A stretch of 61,427 nt of DNA, filler included, from Basidiobolus ranarum (lineage: Eukaryota): assembly GCA_040143965.1 (NCBI GenBank). It is 4 parts of 4 records of this genome, joined end to end, with 100 filler letters (N's around TTAATTAATTAA, not from the genome) between each part and the next. Parts side by side here need not be neighbours in the genome. Positions count along the whole stretch, not along the records: positions 15,419 to 30,702 come from JASJQH010000384.1; positions 30,803 to 46,081 come from JASJQH010000385.1; 2 more parts are not named here. One strand, 5' to 3'. Position 1 is the first letter of the stretch, and each line of letters opens with the position of its first letter. The position numbers were made by a program, and so were the translations under genes. Under the pieces are notes generated by a model, which saw only the letters and a program-made list of their open reading frames with translations, did no database searches and had not been told where the DNA came from. Of this stretch, positions 25,087 to 38,662 are shown piece by piece.

Positions 25087-25579
25087 TTTTTGCTCGTAAC
25101 GAAGTCTCTACTTCACCGAATTGACTTGATATACTTGGCTCACAATCAAATTCTTCAATCCATGTATCTCGAATCTCGTTGATGCGAATAATTTTAATCT
25201 ACCATCGAAATTACAATACCATTATACTAAATTCCAGACTATATAATTCGAGAATGGGATTACCGAGAGCTACCAATTAACAACGTTGGACAGTCACCCT
25301 GGTTTATTTTTAGGTGATCGTATTGTTTGCTGAAGTAGTCTAGTAAAAATTACGGTGCGCCCTGCATGACATATTGTTCATATATCCGATTTCAATATGC
25401 TTATTCTCGGCCATACGATCCCGAAATCACTAACAGCTTGCTTATCCATCAATGAAACTCCAATTGGTCATTTTCTGAGTACTCTTTTGTTCTATTTTCG
25501 ACCTCACTTCATATTCAATTGATATTTCCATTTTGAACCCAAGTAACTACCACTTCATCGTCTTTGAAAAATCAAAAAT

Positions 25580-27597
25580 ATGGAAAAGGCTATTCTGAAG
25601 GCGACGAATCGTAAATGTGTTGAGCCAAAAGCTAAGCATGTCCAAAGTAAGCTTTTTTGCTGTTGTCAACTTCAAAGTTTAGGGACTGACTGAGCTTGTA
25701 AATTCACTTAGCTCTTATTGCCGCCTCTTGGTCAGATATTGATGCTAGAGACATTTTAAGGCCTTTATCTACACGTTTACACGATTCTTCTTGGGTGGTC
25801 AGTGACTTAGTAAACAGTTTGATGATTTGTAGATTTTTAACTTGATTACTTCGTAAATAGACTGTATTCAAAACACTCATCGTAGTTCATCGACTTTTGA
25901 GGGACGGTTGTAGTGAACGTTTATATAATCAGCTATCTGTACAACCTGGATTATTGAATGTTTCTGGATTCCGTGACAAATCTGGCACACACGGTAACCC
26001 TCTCTCCTTTACAAAGATTGATCTAGATATTTTCAATTCCTTTGTTTACGTGATATATTTTCCATTCATTAGAACAAACCAAAAACATCAAAAGCTATGC
26101 AGCATATATCGAAGAAAAAGTACTAGTATTTCGCGAAACACATAAAGATTTTGTTCAAGGCAAAAATGGGGAGAATAGTAGTCTACGTAAACTCACCATT
26201 GGTCAGGGCCTTTTGAAGGAAACGAAGTTTTTACAACGTCAGATCTCTACATTGTTGAACTGTAAGGTAAATACCCACCCTATATTACCAATTGAATGGT
26301 CATTACTCTGTTCATTCAACTCACAGCTTTTATCAAAGTTCTACTTGGATGAAGTCAACAACGAAGTGACTTTAGAGGCATATCGCTTATTGATCAAAGA
26401 CTTGCTTAAACTGTTTCAATGTATGAATGAAGCAGCAATCAATATCCTCGGTAAATGTTGGAACTGGTAGTTTGTTTATAATGCTTATCTCTAACTCTGA
26501 TGTGATAGAGCATTACTTTGAAATGGAGAAAGTCGATGCCCGGAATTCCCTTGAAGTTTATCGCACTTTTACCCAATTGACAGAGAAGGTATTGGAGTAT
26601 CTGAGCACTGCACGTCGAATTGAAGGGGCCATTGACATCAGCATTCCCAATTTGAAACATGTAATATATTTAACTCTGACGAGTATGTAGATCCATACTG
26701 ATGCTAAGATTTGAACCTCTAGGCCCCAGTTAGCTTGGCACTAACATTGGAAGAGTACCTGAATAATCCAGATTTCGAAAACAATCGTAGACAGTATCTG
26801 GAGAGCAAACAGATTCCTCAACAGAAGCTAGATCTCCCCAAGAACATAGGATCTATCGCTTCAAGTACGTTTCAACTTTTATCTTTTGTCTGGGTCTCTA
26901 ATTGATCCTGATTTGTTTAGAACCCATTGTCCACTCCGAGCCAGTGGCAACCTCGTCTCAGCCTCCAATTCAGTCACAACCGATGGCGTCGGTGTCGGCG
27001 CCCAAACCGGGACCAGAGAAAGAACTGATTGACTTTTTTGCTAGCATTGAAGAGGATCAATCTATGTCTAATAGTAACGGTAACGGCAATATGGTAATTT
27101 CACAATTTGGAACCATGAATCATTATAACCACAACCCATATCAAACTCTACCAGCCCAAACCTTCAATCAACCTCCACAGTTGCAAATTGCATCACCTCA
27201 ATATCAAAACTCGTTTCAACCAAATCAATTCCAACAACCACCACAGCCCCAAATTGCCCCCTCCAGCCCTAGCAATCCATTCCAAAGACTCCCACAATTT
27301 ACTTCCCAAACTGTTCGTAGCTCTACCAATCCGTTTTCTACTCAAACTGGATTAGCTCCGAGCAGTAATTTGACAAGATCCGCCACCAATCCCTTCGCAA
27401 AAATGGCAGCCCAAACGAATCCCAATCCCAACGGCCTTGCATGGAATTTATTCAATCAAGGAACACCACAACTCAACCAACAACAACAACAGCAGCAGCC
27501 ACATCCTAATCAGATCAACCCTGCCATGAATAATGGTTTTCAACATCCACCACCTAATCAGATGCAGCTCTATGGTAACGCATTCGGCAACGCATAG
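25580..27597 (+). CDS. ANTH-domain clathrin adaptor (AP180/Yap1801-1802/CALM-like), multi-exon
   Basis: MEKAILKAT...PKAKHV, VFKTLIVVHRLLRDG, LLIKDLLKLF, EHYFEMEKVDARNSLEVY, APVSLALTLEEYLNNPDFENNRRQYL, DFFASIE and several NPF motifs. Confidence 0.93.
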
Positions 27598-28313
27598 AGG
27601 GTTACCCTAAGGGAATCCACGTAAAACCATGTAGTACATCTATACCAACCCAATTGGTCCCTCCACCACCTAACTCCTCCCTCTCCTCTCACCCTTCTCC
27701 AACTAACACATACTATTATTGCTTCGATTGATTCTAATCCATTCAACCACCAAGAACCTCAACAAAGAAAACCCCAGTAAATCAATAAAATGTATAAATA
27801 AGCGAGCTAGGCGCCATTCTATTAGGAAATCTATACAAATGCAGTAGAATTCATATAATCATGATTGACAGAGTTCTTCCGTGGAACTCCATTGAAGTCG
27901 TACATCATACATTCCCTTATTTGGAATTATTAAATGATGCACCAGCGTTGATTGGTTCAATCAGACTTCCATTTAAGTAATGTTCGATTAAGAGGGCAAA
28001 GTGAGGAGCAATTACTTCGTATTTTTATTTTAGCCAAGCAAAACCAAGCGAAGCGAAACGAAACGAAACCAAGCAAAAAAAGGGCAAATTACAAAATTTC
28101 CAATTCAACTCACATATGTTCAGATGGAAGTAAGCCAGCCACAAAAGATGGGAATATAATCATGAATCATAATGCAAAATTTACATTCAAAGCCAATGGA
28201 CGTAAGTAGTGCCAGACTATTGAGTCTATATACAGATTCTCCATCGAAAAAAAACCACAGCGCGCATATTCGCCAGAGTGGTAAAGAGACATGAAGCGTA
28301 ATGTTCTTCTGGA

Positions 28314-29833
28314 TTATTTACTTCTATTACCAGTCTTCTTGCTCCGCTTACTCCGTTTTTTCCCACTAGGCGGCAGCTGAGTAGAGTACTTGATACTTGG
28401 CACTTTGGGCGGTGGCTTGAAGTAATATTGTTTGTCTTTGAGAGTACACGATCTAGTTCCTTTGACGAGTGGCTGGTAGGTGTCTCTGCGTTCCGGATCT
28501 GGATCGTTGTTGACGGTATAATGCCACAGATCGGCCAATGGTTTGCCACCGGCATCTTTTCCTTTGCGGACAACGTGTCCAAAGAACGGATATTGATGCA
28601 GACAACGCACGACGTCTAGTTCTTGAAACTGGTATTTTTCGAGGAATGTGGAATGATCTGTAAGAATGGCACTGTAGATCTCTGAGGCACTGAGCATATG
28701 TTTACCAGTAAAAACGATCGCTGCAACGATGTTGTTGATAAGCTCATTTTGATTTGGATCAATCTCTGGTTGTAGGTATATCTCTTCTCTTCCTCTCTTT
28801 CTACATTTCGGTGCTGTATGCTTATTAGACACTCTGCTTGGTTCAGAGTCTTCGCTGGATTCCATGTCTGATGAATCAAATGAAAGTTCTGAATCTGAAG
28901 ATCCGTCGATTAAACTGTCACTACTTTTGAATGAGCTATTGCAAATGCTGCTCGCTGGACTAATATTACGAAATGCTTTTGATCTTTGGTTATCTGGTTC
29001 AGATACTGACTTTGATTGTGATTTTTCTGTCCGTTTATCCACATTCAAGAGATTCTCAGTGTTCGTTTGAGTCGTCACTTTGAACAGATTTTTATCTACA
29101 CAACTACCCTTTGTGCTTTGCTCAGCTTCAGTTCCAGGGGCTGGGCTTCCAAAAGGTGGCGATGGTAGATACTCCAAGTGTGGAACCTGAAAACGATATT
29201 TCATCCCAGCAACGTCAATAATATTTCCACTTGATAACTTTTTCGAGCGATTTTCTTTGTATAATGTACCATCAATATGCAGACCATTTGCACCGGTTAC
29301 GTTAAGAGTAAATGTTCCCGTTGTCTCCTCCCAATAAATAACTGCGTGTTTACGAGATACTTTTTTGTTGGAACCACCTAAATTGATGGTTGCCGAACGA
29401 CCTCGTCCCATAGTTATCACTGAAGTGTAAGAGCCAACGATCACTTCTATCGAATCCTTGGTTGGAGTTTCCCCTGCTTTTTCTGCGTTAGGAGTCGTGT
29501 TATCGTAAGAAATCTTCTCCAAGTGGGTGTTCTTTGAAAGGAGTACATTAGTGAATTCCTCAGAACTTTCGGTTTTGACAGTTATTTCGGAAGGGGTGGT
29601 TTCATTAAGTGATACTTTAGTCGTGTCTACATAAGAACAATATAAATATTCCAGGTCGAGTAGAAAGGTTGGGTGGCGTATAGAAGTTACCTTTATTATT
29701 GAAGTAATCGACAAACGCTTCTCGAGAGACCTCCGAGTTGGTGTCCTAAAAGTAGGTGTTGGGTTATTTCAAAAAGTCCAATATCAGTTCTACAATGAAC
29801 TAAACATACCAATAAAAGATCGGAAATCTTCAT
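28314..29833 (-). CDS. FHA-domain protein, Tos4/Plm2-like, 3 exons
   Basis: ATG 29833; introns 29746-29809 and 29627-29690 keep the frame; FHA motifs MGRGR, VSRKHA, GANG; conserved C-terminus RKGKDAGGKPL...DPDPERR...KQYYFKPP. Confidence 0.85.
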
Positions 29834-30617
29834 GTATATAATTGACTTTAAACAAAGATGTGTGTATCAACAACGAAAAATAGAAACAAATATATTGTAA
29901 TATAGTCTTACAACTTGGAAGAGAAAGAAAGGTATAGTTCAGGAGAAGATAGCTGTCAGTTGTAATAAGTCAAAGTAGGAATTGGGGAAAATTTGTGTAA
30001 AGCAATTAAGAGAAGGAATAAATAGTCATTGGAAGTTCGGAACACCTTTTTAGTTTAATACTTTTTTGGCATTCGATTGGCCAACACCAGTCAAAAATTC
30101 CACCTCTTTTGATGATTGTTTTCAAGGACCATCATATGAATTGCACGTGACTTCATCGATAATCGCGAAATACGCCAATAGTAAATGGAATAAGAAAAGT
30201 CAGAAAAAAGCATAAGAAAAAGAATCCCCATATCTCGATCATTTAAAAGTTAAAATGTCAAATTGCTACGGAACTACGTCAGTAATCTCAATTGGTTAAA
30301 GTTAACGATAGATGATTATGTTGCTCAAAAGAAAGCTTGAACCCTAACCCTTGACTAGCTTAGAGTTTATGCGGAAAAGGTTGATCTTGTCTATATATGC
30401 ATCTTAGTATTTTCTGTGCTAAACCAATATGAATCAGTTTTATGGACTTCCTTGTTACATCTATACATAGAAAATACCGTTGATCTTCACCAAATCAACA
30501 TCTGTTGAATGAACTTGCTAAGAAAATACATCCCTATACGGGCTTTAAGCTTGGCTTTTTTAGATGTCTGAATCACTCAAAACAATCAGCTGTTTACATT
30601 TCCAACAAACGAGTTAT

Positions 30618-30653
30618 GGGAAGGGGGGGGGGGGTTTGGGGTAGGGGGGGGGT
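30618..30653 (+). repeat. Poly-G / G-tract cluster
   Basis: gggaaggggggggggggtttggggtaggggggggg, about 50 bp before the contig end. Confidence 0.8.
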
Positions 30654-30702
30654 GATTTGATTTAATGGCAGCCCTCATTGTAATTTATTATGGTACTACG
30701 GT

Positions 30703-30802
30703 NNNNNNNNNNNNNNNNNNNNNNNNNNNNNNNNNNNNNNNNNNNNTTAATTAATTAANNNNNNNNNNNNNNNNNNNNNNNNNNNNNNNNNNNNNNNNNN
30801 NN
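30703..30802. other. Artificial 100-bp contig spacer
   Basis: N run with TTAATTAATTAA at 30747-30758. Confidence 0.97.
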
Positions 30803-31165
30803 AGAAGAAAACCTGTCCAACGCACTTCCACTACTCCCAAGTCCAAAAGACGCCCACCCTCGCCACCTCCCTCCGATTCGACCGAAGATTCACGTTCCGA
30901 AGATTACGATGAGTCGGATGAAAGCGAGTCCTCAGAAGAAGAGCGCAAATCGACCAAGAGTAGGAGAAAACTCAGAAGAAAACGCAAGTCTCGAAGAGCC
31001 AGATCAAGATCGTCGGATGATGGTTTGGCGTGGTTTTTACTAGGATCTCTAGCAGCTTTCACGATAGGATTGATTGCATTTTCAGTCATTCGACGACCTG
31101 TACACCATCCACACACAATTCCGCGTTCTGTATCACGATCGATTGCTGGCGTTCAGGTCATTTAA
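30803..31165 (+). CDS. 3' fragment of a protein with a charged low-complexity region and a C-terminal transmembrane helix (5' end lost at the spacer)
   Basis: Open frame from the contig start: RRKPVQRTST...DESDESESSEEERKSTKSRRKLRRKRK...GLAWFLLGSLAAFTIGLIAFSVIRR...VQVI* (TAA 31163-31165). Confidence 0.65.
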   Translation, partial: RRKPVQRTSTTPKSKRRPPSPPPSDSTEDSRSEDYDESDESESSEEERKSTKSRRKLRRKRKSRRARSRSSDDGLAWFLLGSLAAFTIGLIAFSVIRRPVHHPHTIPRSVSRSIAGVQVI

Positions 31166-32513
31166 CAGAAGAAGGACAGACCTATATTTGAAAAGAATCA
31201 CCAATGCCGTCACACTGCTTGTCTTTTCCTCACATTTGTATGAGAGTGAAGATTGTTGCTAAGGATGTCCATTAGACCAGCTTACTACAAAGTAGCATCC
31301 ATATCCCCTCTAGCCCCTTCATTACCCGTATTAATGTATTGCCCTACTCTTCAAGCATTGTATAAATCATCCGTACACTTAAACCCTGTTTTTTCTTTCT
31401 CGTAATGCTTTAAGCGAGTGATTCCACTTCCCGACCCTTTCGTGTTAAGGAAGGAGTTGATCATGCCTTATTCATTGCATCTTCCTATCCATTCCATTTG
31501 GACACACAGTGACTCCTTATCAAAACGCCAAACATTAATTAGATCACAGTCAAAATAAGAATAAATCAATTCCGAACAATTAATATCAAGTTCGAACCTC
31601 ATGGAGCATGGATTCTTGACGAACCATGGCCTTAACGTCTCGCATTTCTCACCACACTCTCTATCTGGTTGCCGATGCGATCAGCTAGCGAGTTGGCCTG
31701 TGTCATGGCTAGTCCAAGTACGCAATCATATAACGCACTAGTAATCTGCTTCGCCATGCATGTAACACGCTAGTGATGATCACATAGTTCCTAAGCATCA
31801 GCTTCACATTAGTACGGCAAGTGCGCGGTGTAGATAGACTCAAATCAAAAGCAAAATCCATGGAACATGAATCTGCTAAACAGTTGTGGCCAAGATATCA
31901 AAGCAAACGTTCAATTGCGACATTAGTGTCAGCAGCAACACAATCAAGCGGGGGAAATGATTGGCTTCGTGATTGTTCCTCCAGGTCAGTAGACGATATA
32001 GCAATGGTAGAATGATTGTTTGGGAGGAGTATGGAAATGATCTTTGCAACGGATCATCACTTATCATTGGTTTCGCCTCTATCAACAAGCTCTAAACAAA
32101 TCGACATCAACGCTAGCCATAATGTTCACGTCAACATCAAAGACAAAGCGAGAGCTAAGAATCGGCCTGATCCGTATTATCCTATTTGGTTTGTTTAATT
32201 GATGTGAAATTGCAGGAAACGAGTAACCCCATTGGTGCGCTCAATAAATTGGGTGGCTATTCTATGTTGACTCGATTGAATGAGATCTCGCTTTTGGACA
32301 CCTTTGCAGTGAGATCCACTTATTTTTAAACATCAGCGATTTGTTGATGTTTCAAAATGATTGTTCCTACCTCACGAACGATCTGGCCTTATTTAAATGC
32401 TCCGTATGGCTGGTCAATGTTGAACTAATTTCGGTACGTTGATTCCTACATCTGAGCCTTTTGACAGGGGAAATTCAGTTGTATTATTTCGGAACTCACA
32501 CTCTTTGAATCCA

Positions 32514-33721
32514 ATGGCATCAGTAAGTAATCCCCGCATACCCAGTACTGGCGAGAACCACGCCAACGCTGATCCCATGAAGTTAAACAAGCTCTGGTTC
32601 CGATCTATCAAGAGAGCAAAGCTACTGGAAATATATAGGTTGATCTTTACTCATCCACAGGTCATTGGTGAGCGGCTAAGCAATAACCTAGCATACCCAG
32701 CCAACACTGTAAACGAAGCCCAACATTACTTGGGTCCCGCTACTTCCAATATGGACTCACTTCAAGTTGCCATGATTTGCCTGTACTCAGCTAAAGAACG
32801 ACATGTTGAGGAGGAGATCCACCTTCGTAAAGCCGTCGTCGATGTCATTTTGAATGTAAGCTAATTAATGTCTTCGTACTAGATGTACTTCCTAATGACT
32901 TTCGTGTTCTATAGGCTTCGAATGATACAAGCCTGGCGACAAGTATTTGGGGCGCCGGAAATACCACCTTGCATTTGGCGTCTTTTATGGACGACGAAAA
33001 GCTCGTAAACATCCTTATAGACAAAGGATGTAAGCCAGATGTGATAAATCATCGTGGCCATACATGTCGCGATGTAACTACAAGCTCAAATATACTTAAT
33101 CGATTTAAACAGGAAACCACCATCAGCGCGATGACCAAACGTTACTCGTTAATCCATTGTTTAGACGATGATGAGATGGCCCCCGAGGTTTTTATTCGAA
33201 AGGACATTGAGCAAGATAATAACAACGAATTCCCAGAGATCCCTAGCTTAAATTGGCTTCTCACTCAACGTGAGATCAGTCCACCTCGTATATTAATTAG
33301 TAACACGGCGCCGTCAACACGCCAGGCCTCAGTTCTGCGTGAAGATATCACTGGTACCCTAATCACCGCGACGACAGAGAGATCTCCTCAAAATGTGTTC
33401 TCCCATCTTAAAAAACTTCCACCTTCCAGGGAGCCTTTGCGCGCAGATAAAATATTTCCAAATTTCCATTCGATCATAAAGAAAAAAGGAAGTATGGATA
33501 CTGTACGTTCCGAAGAAAACACTCACACGAAATCTGGGACACGCCTGAAAAGTTTATCTCGAATCTGGAAGAGGGTTGCACTCCCCAATTCGAAAAGCCT
33601 TAAGCATAGCGTCGGGTCGGAGATGGATATAGAGATAGAAAATTTCAATGTCGTGTACAAGCCCAAGACAAAGTGGAGCTGGAGCAATTCTCTATCGAAG
33701 CTCAAATCTTTAAAGGCTTAA
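32514..33721 (+). CDS. Ankyrin-repeat-containing protein, 2 exons
   Basis: Intron 32856-32914 joins VILN|ASND in frame; ankyrin motif GNTTLHLASFMDDEKLVNILIDKGCKPDVINHRGHT. Confidence 0.8.
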
Positions 33722-36436
33722 AATGGCGCACTATTGCCATCAATAGAAGCATATCTAAATTAAAGTATACTGGTACTTTTTCTAATTAGTACACCGAACG
33801 ATATCATATTTGCTTTACACTGCGCCCAGCTAAATTCAATTTTATCCCATCAATACTAAGTACTAACTGCGGCCATATACTATTAGATACTGGATGAACC
33901 ACAACCATTTTGGGACATATACTATGCTAATAATAATAAATCTCTCTTTTTGCAGAAATAAACGTTTTAACAAGAAATCGTAGTTGGCTAGATTTAGAGA
34001 CAACCAATAATAATCACTTTCAGAGACTGCAAACCTTGGAGGTGTAAATCACTCAACTTTCATATTCCTGTTACATGCTGGCTTGTTTGGCCATTATGCA
34101 GGGCCGATGAAACGCTTAGTCTATGCGAAACACCTCATATCACCAGATGTATCCAGAACATGTAGCATCCAAAGACCCATTCAATTTCTGGTTGGGACGC
34201 TTCTTGTGGCTGGAGATGTTCATGCATTCCGAAAGTGCGAGTTATATACTATTCAATTTAGCAATAGGTTTGATATATACCTGTTACATAAATATACCCG
34301 GTGTTCATAGTCATTCAAGCTTATGATGTATGTAGATGCATACTATTGATGTAGGTCGGGCCTCATTAATCTACCTTACTATGCGAGAGATGAGCTCTGC
34401 AGAAGTATGCAAATCATTTGAGAATCGACTTCCCCACCTGTACCACCAAACAAAGGATGAGATCTGCGAGTGATTTTGGTGACATCATCCCTTATTGTCG
34501 GCATTAAGCTTACTACTGGTTTCCCCTGACTTGGTGGATACTCTTATCGCTGCTATAATGAATCCTGCAAGATTTCCTATACTGCAGGTAGTGGTCCAAG
34601 CTAGTCATTTATTGAGGGCATACACTTGCTCCCCTGCATTTAGAGCGGATCCAAGCGCGTAGCGTTTATGCGTCACTAAGGCAGGTTTTGCTCTCTCCTC
34701 TTAGCCATTGGCATGGTCATAATCAGTATTAGACTAACCTGGTGCTCACATAATCCTTTATGCTGGCTTTACTCATCTTTGACGTCATATTGAAATTCGT
34801 CACGCTACACCGCGATGGCCCGGATCGGCTCAGACAATAATGCTTGTCTTGTGATGAGGAAATAGCTCACCATTGTGGTTATAATACTTGCATGTCACAT
34901 TACATTAAACAGGTCATCCCTGTGAAACCTTTCCAACTCATTGTTGTAGATGAAACGGAGAGATATCCACAGGAAAGTAGAGTTTTCATCTTCCAAAACA
35001 CAGCGTGAAACTGAGGTGATTAAAGTGAATCAACCAGATCCACCGAAGATTGACTCTAGCTTACCTTCGAAGGTATGGGAATTTCGTTGCAACCTACAAC
35101 TCCAAGTGACATGTTAGCAATCACAATAAGAACCATTGGGGATTATATCCACCTACCCCAACTCCTTTGGAGAATGGTGCAGTTCCCGAAAACCCCTGTG
35201 CACCGTGATAGATGCAGTAGCCAGCTACACTCTTAATTATTGAGAATGCTCATCTACAAAGTGGCTGATATATTTACTCTACAATCTCTGGCAACTTGAG
35301 TTTAACTTTCTTTAACCCCAGCAACGGATATACAGACTTTGAGTGCTCTCGATAACAGCACTAGCACAGTAACTAGAGAATTGAAAAGTATCGCTTGTGT
35401 CCCTGTATAGAGAAGTCAAATGGGGACTCCTTATTCCTCTCGTTGGTACAGTGGATGTGACGTTGATTTCTGGCTATCTGAAATATTCCTGAATTCCCGC
35501 GTACATACACTGTTCCATATGCAAGCCAGTAAACATTGGCTTGCTTGGCCTGGGTTTTCTGATTGTTCTCAAGCGCATCGCTATTTGAAACATTATTAGG
35601 CTGCAGGCTATTGACTAACAACTATCATCTACATCATCAGTTTCAAGTCATTTGGGGTGGGTGACGATGCAAGTAATTCCATTTTTCCAGTCCTGATTGC
35701 TAGAATCAACTAAATGAGCCTTGATATTGAAGTGTTCCTTTTGGGATCAGTGAAACCTCTAAATATCAGCAAATCCTAGATCTCCCATGATTTTTCGTTC
35801 TCAAATGAGCGATCATGTGAGTTCCGCGTTAAACCGGTGGAGATTGGTAGCATAGGCCTCAAATCGCGATACTCAGGTGCTTCCACGATGTCATGTAAAT
35901 TCGGCCTGACTATTGTGATCAATAATTCGGGCGCACATAGTGGTAATGTCTCATCTTGAGAATCAGTAAAAACGTACGCATGCATATTCGCATGGAGACT
36001 TGAGCTCTCGATGCTTCAGGTCTGCAATGAACAATCAAGCTCACTGCTTACAAGTTTTTAGAAATCAGTGTCTGCATCAAGTATATGTGATAGAATGCAA
36101 TATTAAATCCCACTGTGTTGAATGTGAATCGCAAATTAGTCCACCTCTCATCAAATCTCGATCAGACCTTCCAAAATAATACGTAGGCATGTTCGAATCT
36201 GTCAACGCTCCACTTCCACTCGTATTTATCTACGACATGGACTTAATTGCGATCAATTTAAGCCACTCTTGATCTGAGTCCCTCAACAATTTGGGCTATG
36301 AATTGAACGTAATCATGCTATCTTGATCCTTACTATAGGATGATGACTGTGCATGCTCTTGCTTGATAACGCGCACTACTACCTACATACATAAGATGCC
36401 TGGGTTCAGTTCCACCCAACGAACATTCAATTTTCA

Positions 36437-37903
36437 ATGAAGATATCACCACCTGGCCCAAAACTACTTTCTTTGACCTCGTCGAGCCTCCGTCGATTAC
36501 ACTCGCCACCATTTACTGGCAAATTACTCTGTACTCGATGGTACTCGGCTCAAGCTAAGCTGGAAAAAACCCCACTTCAAAGTGTGAAGCAAGAGATTCG
36601 AGAGACCTTGCAACATTTTCTATTGCAGAATCACCAACAGCACCACATTCTATATGGCCCTAATGACTACACCAACCATTTGGCACACGTACTACTCACC
36701 GACTCCGCCTTAGGTGCTACTACACAAAGACTTCATGACATCTTCAAATCATTTGACTTTCTTGATTCTTTGCCTGAGCCCACGAAGGTTAAAATCACGG
36801 AAGACAACTGGTTACTATATCGAGGACTTAAAAGGTAAGCTGGAGCTATTGTATTTTTAGTACTACTACTTTGTATAACATTTTATAATTTATAATTGCA
36901 TAGGCATTATCGTGATTATCTTGACTTTTACGATGAAAAAATAAGAAATGTAGGCGTGTTGGAGGTGACTAGTAAATATGCCCCACCATTGTTCTCGCAC
37001 TTTCTAGGGGGCGCGTTGCACCCAATAATCCATCTAGGATTTGGGCTCGAATTTAATCAACCGCTTCTCGTGTCCGAAGGTTTGATATTTTTAAGCATAG
37101 GTATCAAAGTAATACTGACTTAAATATATGTACAACAGCTTTGGCTTATGCTAGTACTATCCCATCACCTTTTACGTCGGTATATGGGCTGCTTCAAGGA
37201 GCTAGTGCGCCAAATCAAAAGGATGTAAGCCTACTGGAACTCATCCAGGAAGTGCATGAAGACACTGAATTTGATGTACCAATCCTCGGCAATCCCGTAG
37301 AGGGGCTGGGCTCACTTGTCGAAGCACGAGGATCGCGTCTTATTGAATTTGCTAATCGTTGGAAACTTCAAGGTTGAAAATTACCAATTAATTCACCTAC
37401 ACATCTTATGTTCCGAGTTCTAATTCCTTTTCATCTTGATAGATAACAATTGTTCTATTAAAATTGCCGAGTTATTTGAAGCGGCAGTACTTCTGTACGC
37501 AGGCACAGGCTCGGGTCGTCGAATTGATTTTTTTATCGCTCACGGTCTCAGCTCCGCTCGCGGAGTTAACAATGTATTACCTTATCTTTCAAAAACTTCA
37601 AGGATTGCTCTATTACGATCACATTGGCTTGCGATGCTTTCGCTATACGTTACTAGCGGAAGACCGAAGCTGGTAGCATCATCAGTCACTGAATATCAAT
37701 CAAACATCAGCAGTTGGGATGAGTGTATTGACAAAGGCATCAATAGTCCGGATGAACATGTTCCAAAGATGATTCGCACATTGTATATGGCGCATTGCGA
37801 TTTTGGTAAGAACCGTACGGAGTATTTCAAAGCAGCCCAAATGACTATAGATATAGTGAAAAAAACCGACGATTGGGAATTCCAAGGGGTGGGAAATTCT
37901 TAA
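36437..37903 (+). CDS. Questin oxidase-like / AflY-like oxidoreductase (DUF4243 family), 4 exons
   Basis: NHLAHVLL...LGA, GGALHPIIHLGFGLEF, IDFFIAH, DEHVPKMIR; introns 36835-36903, 37080-37138, 37373-37442 keep the frame. Confidence 0.88.
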
Positions 37904-38662
37904 TCCATGAAAGGATAGGCTCAACACCATTTTAACGGCTGAACTGGCCCGAAATTGACAATACATCCCCATCTCCAGCATTGTAATATTATACGAAATT
38001 CAATTTTTTTGAATAAACTCATGGTCCACAAATTCTATCTATTTGTGACGACTCAAAAGACATTCCCTCATACAGAGATAACTCTTCTCTGCTAACTGAC
38101 TTTATTGAGCACCATACAAGTTTGTACAATGACCGATAGTGCCTTACTAGGCTATCAAAGATTCATTTATAAAACTCACGTATCCCAAATAGTTAGAATG
38201 TTGGAGATACATATGCTTTTACCCTGTTAGGTTACCTAACCGATTTAGTAGGGCAATGTAAGCATTTAAAATCATAACAAACCACCTGCATTCTAGAAGA
38301 TTTGTAAGAACCATTATGTACCTAAATTAGGACAGGCCAGTCAACAAATCCCACTTGCCATTGTCGGTCTTCCAATCATAACGACCAAAGAGCGGATACA
38401 TAAATAATGCTACTAAATGCGTGTTAACATGTAGGACGAGTAGGCCCTGTAAATCCATCCAAGCTAATGCTATCCCCAGCATTATGGATTCTCAATAGCG
38501 GACATCCACGGTACCTATATCTGGAGAGATCAACCAAGCAATATACAACCATCAAACAGGTTTTTCATCCAAACTTTATACTAGACTTTGGTAATGCTAA
38601 AATCTGAATAAATAGAGACAATAAACATCTAACCAGAGGTATCAAACAATCTCTCTATTATC

